Origin: Pirellulales bacterium
GTDB lineage: Bacteria > Planctomycetota > Planctomycetia > Pirellulales > UBA1268
NCBI GenBank assembly: GCA_029246985.1
Contig: JAQWMC010000033.1
Span: 4,794 to 68,793 of the forward strand
DNA: 64,000 nt
Direction: 5' to 3'
The first letter of the stretch is position 1. Each line of letters opens with the position of its first letter. The position numbers and the translations under genes are program-made. This document shows, in pieces, positions 48,776 to 57,100 of the stretch. The notes under the pieces are model-generated. The model made no database searches. It worked only from the letters and a program-made list of their open reading frames with translations, and was not told the origin of the DNA.

Positions 48776-49726
48776 TTAGTTTCGGTCCCACAACGCATCT
48801 ACTTCTGCGTCATCTAAAGGATCTCCACCGTTCGATGTAGCTAATGGACTGATGATGTCTCCATTGCAGATTGCCCCAATATTATGGAACTCCATCTGAG
48901 CCTCTTGACCAGGGCTCGTCCACGGTCCGTTTCGAAACTTTCGGCTAAAGCCTTCAACATGCCCGTCAACAAAGACCGCATTGGCAAACCCACCACCATG
49001 ACGAAAATGAACTACTGGGTCTGCCGTCGAGGGCTTACTAAAACCACCAAGCTGTTCTCTCAGACCATACGGTGCTGCAAAATAAATCATTGCGGTCTCT
49101 GCAAATGCAATTGTCCGAGAGGTCTCAGGGACATCTCTGATTCTGTATGCTTTATCTTGATACGGTCCTGCAGCGTCGTAATAACCTCCTGAACCAGGTC
49201 CGAGCTGCGAGTTGTACCCAAACGCGGTGGCGATACGATCACCAAACTTGACTTCTTCAAGCATTGATTCTGAAAAGTTTGGACACTGTAAAACAGAAGC
49301 GTTTGATTCAAAATATGGCTGCAGCGGCCCGGCTGTGACATCAAGTGTGCCATTGGAGTCAGTCGTGTAATCAACTTCACCAAACCAAAAAAGAGCTTTT
49401 CCACCAGGCGTCCAGCTTCCAGCAACAGACGCTGCATAGCGAGTATCATCATCAATCTTCTGACAAGGAAACTTTTTATTTGCAGACATGTAACTGTGCA
49501 TCGCGACGCCTAGCTGCCGCACGTTGCTTGAACAGCTTATGCGACGGGCTGACTCACGAGCTTGCTGCACTGCAGGCAGCAATAAACCAACGAGAACACC
49601 AATAATTGCTATGACAACAAGCAGTTCAATCAGCGTGAAGCCTGCTTTTTTTTCACCACATGCCTGTACCGTTCCGCTACCTTGCAACGACACATTTTCC
49701 CCGTGGAAATAGAAATCTCGAGTCAT
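48776..49726 (-). CDS. DUF1559-type protein with an N-terminal prepilin cleavage/methylation motif
   Basis: ..[37 protein letters not shown].. is the classical G/FTLIE type IV pilin-like N-terminus, followed by the DUF1559-style body. I prefer the ATG at 49726, preceded by GAGAGGA; the track ORF extends to 49771. Confidence 0.85.
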   Translation of the reverse strand: MTRDFYFHGENVSLQGSGTVQACGEKKAGFTLIELLVVIAIIGVLVGLLLPAVQQARESARRISCSSNVRQLGVAMHSYMSANKKFPCQKIDDDTRYAASVAGSWTPGGKALFWFGEVDYTTDSNGTLDVTAGPLQPYFESNASVLQCPNFSESMLEEVKFGDRIATAFGYNSQLGPGSGGYYDAAGPYQDKAYRIRDVPETSRTIAFAETAMIYFAAPYGLREQLGGFSKPSTADPVVHFRHGGGFANAVFVDGHVEGFSRKFRNGPWTSPGQEAQMEFHNIGAICNGDIISPLATSNGGDPLDDAEVDALWDRN

Positions 49727-50555
49727 AAGAAAATCCTCTCGGCCACAGCAGAATGCACCCGCTGTGACCATGAATGTAAATCTGTCTACGGACCACTCGC
49801 GCGGCCCGTGCTCGTGAAACCGCCCTCGCAGTCACACGTGCTCTCAATGCGTAGTGGTAGGTCTTCTGACTCTCAGACGTGCTTGGACAATACCTTCTCG
49901 CAATCAAGCCTGATTGCAATGGTCGTGATTGTTGTCCAAGCCAAGTAATTGAAGTGATTCGAGTTACTTATCTGATTACAGCGGCGGGGCCGTCCCGGAA
50001 TTACACCGGTGTTCCCTGAATGCTCCTCAATGCCAACTGGCCTGAGGAGCCACCAAACGCTAAGGCCGAAGCATATTGATATGAAACGCAATGTCAACTG
50101 CTGGTCCTATGCTCCGTATGCACATTCGGAAAACTCCACTTGGCCGGAAAAGCCTTCCAAATGACAGCCTCGAAGTGCTGAAGTTTTACGGTCAGGTAAT
50201 TTTTAACACTCGGGAATACCGGTAATAGGACGCCAGTCCTCACAGTCAGCACGACAGTCAAAAGCACCATCTTTTTCCCGACTGATACAGCTAAGTCGTT
50301 ACTGAAAAAAAACTTAGAGCCAACTCAAGCCTGTTTCCCTTGTCCGCCGATAGCCCCTGTGTCCCCCGGGGCATCACTGTGCCCGTCGGGTAACGAAACG
50401 GGGGCGGTAGTAACCTGATTTTTCTCGAGTCACGGATTGGCTTGGGCAGGCCTACCGCAGAAATTAGTTCGTAGATCACACCCTCGGGGTGACAAGACCG
50501 CGCGGTCGGGATGAACCATTCAGGCGTGATCTACAAGCAAAGGAGATGTGGCTCG

Positions 50556-51365
50556 ATGAAGCGTATGATGTTTCTCGGTGCACTAGTTTTAGGTGTTACC
50601 GTCTGTAGTCAGTCTTATGGATTTGAGCTTCTTGATAGAATGCTCGGCCATGGCTGTTGCGATTCGTGTTGTGATTCATGTGAGCCGGCTTGCGGATGTG
50701 AGCCAGCTTGCGGTTGTGAGCCAGCTTGCGGTTGTGAGCCAGCTTGCGGATGTGAGCCAGCTTGCGGTTGTGAGCCAGCTTGCGGATGTGACGATGGATG
50801 CTGCGACAGTTGCTGCGATAGCGGTTGCTGTGGTCGCAGGAAATGTGATTTATTCGGTGGCTTGAAAGGTCTTTTCGAGCGATGCCACCATCGTGGTTGC
50901 TGTGATAGCTGCTGCGACAGTGGTTGTGAGCCAGCTTGTGGTTGTGAGCCAGCTTGTGGTTGCGAGCCAGCTTGTGGTTGCGAGCCAGCTTGTGGTTGTG
51001 ACAATGGTTGTGACAGCGGATGCTGCGACAGCTGCTGTGGAACTCGCAAGCGATGCTGCAAGCACCCACTTCGCGACTTGCTCCGTGATCTTCACGAAGC
51101 CAAGAAGCGTTGCTTTGCTCGACATCATCGCGGATGCTGCGACAGCTGCTGCGACAGTGGATGTGAGCCAGCCTGTGGATGTGAGCCAGCCTGTGGTTGT
51201 GAGCCAGCTTGCGGTTGCGAGCCAGCTTGCGGTTGCGAGCCAGCTTGTGGATGCGAACCAGCTTGTGGAATTGAGGCAGCTGTTGCCCCAACTCCGGACG
51301 CTTCCGCATCAGCCACAAGGGCTACCAAGGTAATTGCGGTCAGTCGTACCGTAAGCACCAAATAG
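50556..51365 (+). CDS. secreted, extremely Cys-rich modular repeat protein: three modules of CCDSCCDS followed by (CEPACG)n; function unknown
   Basis: AGGAG (50541-50545) lies 10 nt upstream of the ATG at 50556. The N-terminus is signal-like (MKRMMFLGALVLGVTVCSQSYG). There are 16 perfect CEPACG units. By hand count, 63 of 269 residues are Cys. A strong terminator follows about 50 nt after the stop. Confidence 0.75.
   Translation: MKRMMFLGALVLGVTVCSQSYGFELLDRMLGHGCCDSCCDSCEPACGCEPACGCEPACGCEPACGCEPACGCEPACGCDDGCCDSCCDSGCCGRRKCDLFGGLKGLFERCHHRGCCDSCCDSGCEPACGCEPACGCEPACGCEPACGCDNGCDSGCCDSCCGTRKRCCKHPLRDLLRDLHEAKKRCFARHHRGCCDSCCDSGCEPACGCEPACGCEPACGCEPACGCEPACGCEPACGIEAAVAPTPDASASATRATKVIAVSRTVSTK
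50679..50786 (+). repeat. tandem 18-bp coding repeat, 6 copies (TGTGAGCCAGCTTGCGGN = CEPACG)
   Basis: Read directly from the sequence. The repeat is in frame with the CDS, and the copies differ only at third codon positions. Confidence 0.95.
50925..50996 (+). repeat. tandem 18-bp coding repeat, 4 copies (TGYGAGCCAGCTTGTGGT = CEPACG)
   Basis: Read directly from the sequence. This block uses TGT rather than TGC for the second Cys codon in every copy. Confidence 0.95.
51162..51269 (+). repeat. tandem 18-bp coding repeat, 6 copies (CEPACG)
   Basis: Read directly from the sequence. Copies vary by GCC/GCT, TGT/TGC, GGA/GGT and one GAA for GAG; every difference is synonymous. Confidence 0.95.
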
Positions 51366-51415
51366 TGTAAACGTTCGGTCGAACGGAAATCCGTTGCCCG
51401 ACTTCGGCCAGTGAT

Positions 51416-51454
51416 CTCCGCTCGGGGTACCTACCCCGGGCGGAGTTTTTTATT
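51416..51454 (+). terminator. rho-independent terminator of the Cys-rich gene
   Basis: CTCCGCTCGGGGTA..TACCCCGGGCGGAG forms a roughly 12-bp GC-rich stem. It is followed by TTTTTTATTT. Confidence 0.8.
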
Positions 51455-51925
51455 TGCCGGATTATAAAACTTAATGTCTTTTCCAGCCCTCAGAATACAC
51501 ACGATCAAATATGACATCCGCATCTCAACTGCACCTTACTGCAAGCCTTTGTACATGAGATGTATCTCATTCCTTTGGTGTTGAGAAATGTTTGCGAACA
51601 ACGCCCACTTCCAGACAAAAAAGTATTCTCGTTTCGGGCATCCAGCAAGTAAGGATCCGTTTTGCATACAGGGTGAATTAAGAGTTGAAAACCCCGCACA
51701 AATCAGACTGACCGTCCCGATAGGACCCGTTCGCCTCGACTTTTCAGAATACACCCATACTCTGGCTCAAAATGGAGCGGCTCAGCCCCCCAGAGCACTT
51801 CTTTCGATTGTCGAGTGCGTCCGTTAGCCCTACAATAGTTAGCAGTGGGTTCAGCGAGTTCTGGCAAGTAGCTTCGAACTCTAGGATCCTGACATGAATA
51901 ACGCCCTTTCGCCAGACACTTTACA

Positions 51926-52726
51926 ATGCTTGAACGTCGGCCACTTTTCCCAGGTGTCATTGAAATTAACCATCAAGCTGGATGGCGAATTGGATGCAGC
52001 GTCTACCTTCTCTTCGATGAAAATGAGTGGATTCTCATAGACATTGGATATGAGGAAAATGTCGATGAGATTGTTGAACTCATTCGTCAAATCGATTTCC
52101 CAATTTCTCAATGCCTTGGAATTATCGCCACCCACGCAGATGTTGATCACATTCAAGGACTCGCCAAGGCAAAGAGTCTTTTAAAAGCACCTGCGTTTGC
52201 GCATCCAAAAGCGGTGCAGTCACTTGAGCTGGGTGACCGGATCAAAACATTTGCTGAGATTTCAGCTCAAAATGTGCATCTTGAAATGCCCGTTGTAAAA
52301 ATTGAAAAGCCTATTTCAGACGGAGATAGAATCAAAATTGGCAACCGAGAATTGGAAGTCTGGCATACACCCGGTCATACGGACAGCCAACTTGCGTTCC
52401 GCTTCGGTGATCTCCTTCTTTCCGGTGACAACATCTACAGAGATGGGTCTGTGGGAGCAATTGACGCACATCACGGCAGCGATATTCCTTCATTTATTTC
52501 ATCGCTGGAGCGAATTGCCGCCAGTGACATTGAATGGCTTTTACCGAGCCATGGACCTGTTTTCCGAAAGAATGATGAGTTGCTCGAAAAAACAATTACC
52601 CGACTGAAGGGCTATCTCACACTGGCTGACTTCGGAACTTGTGCCACCCATTGGCCGCTTATGGATGAATGGGATAAGGAATTGGCAGAAGGACGTTTGC
52701 CTTCTGAGCGGACGCAGACAGCATGA
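51926..52726 (+). CDS. MBL-fold metallo-hydrolase
   Basis: 266 aa. Motifs: ..ILIDIG.., the metal motif THADVDH (a variant of HxHxDH), ..WHTPGHT.., ..GD.. and ..PSHGP.. Confidence 0.8.
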   Translation: MLERRPLFPGVIEINHQAGWRIGCSVYLLFDENEWILIDIGYEENVDEIVELIRQIDFPISQCLGIIATHADVDHIQGLAKAKSLLKAPAFAHPKAVQSLELGDRIKTFAEISAQNVHLEMPVVKIEKPISDGDRIKIGNRELEVWHTPGHTDSQLAFRFGDLLLSGDNIYRDGSVGAIDAHHGSDIPSFISSLERIAASDIEWLLPSHGPVFRKNDELLEKTITRLKGYLTLADFGTCATHWPLMDEWDKELAEGRLPSERTQTA

Positions 52727-52853
52727 TTTCTTAAATTATGCCGAAAATACCACTTTTTCCGTGAAGTCTGATCGTCCTGCTTGCCGATAATTTTCCTGAT
52801 GTGCGGAAGAACCGTTCGCGGACTTACCGAATCAGTACACGGGGGGAAATAGA

Positions 52854-53198
52854 ATGAAGTGGCATATGTATGCACTGGCACTAATTGTTGCCAGTGCTGT
52901 TCTGGGGTATTCGTTACCTGCACGCGCCCAACAGCCACCAACGGCTGGCCAACAGGCTTATGGTTATCAGTGGGCAAACTCGTACAACACCCACGACTGG
53001 AATCGTCTCTACCACTATCCGTATGTCTGGTATCCCCAAAACTATTACGCTGATGGCTATATGAAAAGCGCTAATGATCTCTACCATCGCTATCCACAGG
53101 AAATGCGCGTACCCGTTTACAATCGATCATGGCAAAATTACTATCCAAAATCTCGTCGGTACTATCAGGGCCATCATTTTCAACTCGACGTATTCTGA
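52854..53198 (+). CDS. small secreted Tyr/Trp-rich protein (hypothetical)
   Basis: 114 aa with a signal peptide ending ..LPARA. The mature 89 aa contain 17 Tyr and 4 Trp by hand count, with recurring YP and NYY motifs. Confidence 0.55.
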   Translation: MKWHMYALALIVASAVLGYSLPARAQQPPTAGQQAYGYQWANSYNTHDWNRLYHYPYVWYPQNYYADGYMKSANDLYHRYPQEMRVPVYNRSWQNYYPKSRRYYQGHHFQLDVF

Positions 53199-53257
53199 TG
53201 CGGCGATACCTTAAGCGAAATTGACTGAATCTACAGATGCCGTAACGCAGCTTCTTA

Positions 53258-54025
53258 TCAAGATCCACTTTGTACACAACTAGAAATTGCATCCCGCCAG
53301 CACATCCAGAGAGATGTTTCTGGAACGGGAGCATGTGCAGCAACTCTCTGCTTGGTTTCCGGATCGTCATACTCAATAGACCATGCATGTAAAGCAATTG
53401 GCTGATGACGAATGCTTTCAATGTCTTCCCTCTGTGCACTCCCATACAGTGCGTCATTAACTATTGGTACGCCACGACAAGCTGCTTGAATTCTCAATTG
53501 GTGCATACGGCCTGTTTCTGGATGCAGTTTCAATAGATAACGACCCTCACTAGATGCCAACACAAAGCCTGTTGTTTGAGCGAACTTTGCTTGACTGTCA
53601 TGTAAAGTCATCACCTCGACACGAGGCTCTCCTGAAACTTTACGTAGTGAGTCTTGCCACATAAATGGTTCTTCGCTTATTGGTATCGCACCTGTTGGCT
53701 CAACAATCGCGACATATGTTTTTTGGATTTGTCGACGTTCAAATTGGCGGGAAAGCTGTCTGGCTGCTCTCGGGGTTAATGCTAGAAGCATGACACCAGA
53801 AACTGCGCGATCAAGACGATGTGGTACTCCAAGGAATCCTCCAGGATGACGAGTTTCTCCTGACGCGAGTGCTTCCTCAAACCACCGATGAAAATTCCGC
53901 CGCCTTATTCGGCACTCAACAGATTCAATGTCCCATGGCGCCTGCGTTGGCAGGCCAGCAGGCTTATTAATAGCCAAAACCCCATTCCTCTCAAACAGTA
54001 CCTCAACTTTTTGGAGATTATTCAT
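53258..54025 (-). CDS. RluA-family pseudouridine synthase
   Basis: 255 aa with the catalytic motif ..PHRLDRAVSGVMLLA.. and the ..HQLR.. motif. Confidence 0.85.
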   Translation of the reverse strand: MNNLQKVEVLFERNGVLAINKPAGLPTQAPWDIESVECRIRRRNFHRWFEEALASGETRHPGGFLGVPHRLDRAVSGVMLLALTPRAARQLSRQFERRQIQKTYVAIVEPTGAIPISEEPFMWQDSLRKVSGEPRVEVMTLHDSQAKFAQTTGFVLASSEGRYLLKLHPETGRMHQLRIQAACRGVPIVNDALYGSAQREDIESIRHQPIALHAWSIEYDDPETKQRVAAHAPVPETSLWMCWRDAISSCVQSGS

Positions 54026-54167
54026 ACGATACTAGTGGTTTGAGACATTGGTTTATTGAACATCGATTTGAAGGACTTGTTTTCGTAGCGAAATGACTGA
54101 AATGGTGTTGTTTAATTCATAGTAATGCTGCCAGGCCGAAATCAAGCACAAGGACATCCCAAGAGAT

Positions 54168-57100
54168 ATGACCATACAAAGAATCGTCACTTCATGCTTT
54201 GTACTATTTTTTTTGATTCCGAGCAGTTCTCTCAAGGCAGAGCATATCCCTGCTCATGAATTTGATATAGCTGATGGTTTCGAGGCAACAGTATGGGCAA
54301 CGACTCCGCAGCTTTTTAATCCAACCAACTTCGATATTGATGCTGACGGCCGCATCTGGGTTACCGAAGCTGTAAACTACCGTAACTTTCGAAACAACGG
54401 TCTCGGCCTCACCAATGAAGAAGGTGATCGAATTGTTGTTTTACAAGACACCAATGGTGATGGAAAAGCAGATTCATCTCACACATTTGTTAGAGACATC
54501 GATCTCGTTGCACCTCTTGGAATAGCTGTCTTGGGAAACCAGGTCATTGTTTCATGTGCACCAAACCTCCTGATTTACACCGACGTAGATGGCGACACTT
54601 ATTTTGATAAAGATATCGATAAGAAGGAAATATTTCTGACCGGATTTAGTGGCCTTGACCATGACCACAGCCTACACAGCGTCACCGTTGGACCCGACGG
54701 CTATTGGTACTTTAACACTGGGAATGGAGGTCCTCATACGGTCACAGACAAATCTGGCTGGACACTTCGAGCTGGCAGTTCATACGCTGGCGGCAGCCCC
54801 CATCTGAAGGAAAATTTTCCAGGTCGAAAAAGTGATGATGGGCGCATATGGGTCGGTGGTGTTGCAATGCGAATACGACCCGATGGCACCGGCCTTGAAC
54901 CAATTGGTCATAATTTTCGGAATGTATATGAAGAGAGCCTGTCCTCTTTCGGTGACGTCTTTCACGCTGACAACGACGATCCCCCTGCCTGCAGAACTAC
55001 TTGGTTGATGGAATACGGCAACGCTGGATTCTCTTCAGCAGATGGCTCACGGAAATGGAAACTAGATCAACGACCAGGGCAGCCAACCAGAATTGCCGAG
55101 TGGCGTCAGGAAGACCCTGGCACAATTCCTGCCGGTGATGTGTACGGTTTTGGCGCACCAACTGGCGTTGTCTTTGGAGAGAATGGATGCTTTGAGAAGA
55201 CGTATTCCGACGGGCTTCTTCTCGTATGCGAGTCTGCACGAGGAGAAGTCTTTCAATACTCACCAAAATCACAAGGAGCAGGGTTCTCCTTACAGCGTTC
55301 TTTATTCATGAAACTACGTTCTGGCAGTACACATTCCGGCATGTTCAGGCCATCTGATGTTGCTATCGGTCCAGATGGTGCCATCTACGTTAGTGACTGG
55401 TACGATCCTGGAGTGGGTGGACACAGAATGCAGGATTCTCAAGGAAGTGGGACCATCTACCGGGTGGCACCAAAAGATTTTGTTCCAACGATAGATAAAC
55501 TTGATCTTTCGACAATTCCCGGAATGATCCGCGCATTGAAAAGCCCCGCGGTTCATGTTCGAGCTCTCGGATTCCGATCTCTTCGGGCCATCGGAGAAGA
55601 TGCGGCATCAGAGATTATTGCGATCTCACGATCTGAGCAACCGTTCTTCGTTGCTCGAGCCGTGTGGCTTTTACCAAACTGTGGACAGAAAGGTTTAGAT
55701 CGCCTGGCTGAATTGCTACATCATGAGAATCAACAGATACGTGTTACTGCTTTTCGATCATTACGTCGTGCAATGTCTGAACCAGATGCGTCGAACGAGA
55801 TTCATGACTTTTGGCTACAAGCCCAAGAGCAAGCATGTCGTGATTCAGCCCCTTCTGTTCGCCGAGAGGTAGCGATATCTCTTCGGGACGAACCTTTTGA
55901 AACCTGCCGTGAACTACTTAAGGAGCTTGCCGATGGTTTTGATGGCTGGGACCGATGGTATTTGGAAGCCTTGGGAACAGCATGTGAAGGGAAAGAGCGG
56001 GAAGCATTTGAGCTTATTGTGAGTCATTCGGAAGACCCGCTTGTATGGGATCACCGTCTCTCGGGAATAGCGTGGCGACTGCACCCTGATGCTGCAGTTG
56101 GTTCCCTCAAAACCCGAGCCATGGCTAAAACATTACCGCTTGTCGATCGAAAAAAAATGGTCGATGCCATTGCATTTAATTCAAGCTTCCAAGCAGCTTC
56201 AGCAATGCTGGATATTGCTCAACATGGCCCGAAAGACCTTCGTGGATACGCCGCCTGGTGGGGACAGCACCGCTTACAAAATGACTGGAAAGACATACAA
56301 CTAAGCGAGATATTTCCAAAACCACCACCGATTAAAAAGATTGAACCAAAGACGAGACTCGACACATCGTTTATCCCACCGGGGCAGCCCAGCTACACAA
56401 CTAGCGGCGAGGCCGCAATCAGCATTGATATCCGTGGCACAAAACGCCTTTATCTTGTTGTTGACTCGACCCACAACAAGCCAGAAGACGCTCTCTGGGT
56501 TGCTCCCATCCTTACAACAACGGAATCAACCGTCGACCTAACACAGATTCCCTGGACAATGGCTTTCTCTGGAGGAACTCCGAGCGGACCACCACCAAGT
56601 CAAACTGAGGTCACAGCACGTCGCAAGAAGAAACCTGCACGACCATCACTAACTGTTTCTCCTAGATTGACACACGTAGACAATACGAAGCCAGCAATAC
56701 AGGTAACAGGCCGATCTGTAATTGCATATGATGTAAGTGCTCTCACTCCACTTCAATTACAAGTTACTTGCAGAACTTTATCGGAAGCGACAGACACCGC
56801 AAACCATATATCTTTTTCGATATTCGTTGATCAATCCATCGCAGGAAAAGACCTTCTGCAAGCCGGCATACTTTCAGACGCCAACGGTAGTTCGTCACTC
56901 GGCAGAGCCGTATTTCATTCCGAACGTATAGGATGTGCCAAATGCCATATCGTTGAAGGCTATGGTGGTGAAATAGGTCCTGATTTGACTCAGATCGCTC
57001 GCAAGCACTCAATTGTTGCACTACAAGAAGACATTCTGAAACCACACGCAGCAATAGCTGCTGGTTTTGAAACAATGACCGTTCTTACAACCAAAGGCAC

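Noticed and set aside
50679-51269. Whether the three blocks of short direct repeats are a CRISPR array or a non-coding satellite.
   Set aside because: - The repeats are 18 bp and contiguous, with no spacers.
- They are in frame within an ORF, and they vary only at third codon positions.
- No cas genes are nearby.
50593-51361. Six additional long ORFs, in other frames and on the opposite strand, across the Cys-rich gene. Examples are 50596-51318 (-) at 240 aa and 50893-51333 (+) at 146 aa.
   Set aside because: - They exist only because the 18-bp repeat has no stop codon in several frames.
- Their products are monotonous (KLARNR.., SQPQAG.., VVSQL..).
- They lack an RBS or signal features.
- The frame starting at 50556 has a Shine-Dalgarno sequence, a signal peptide and strictly synonymous inter-repeat variation.
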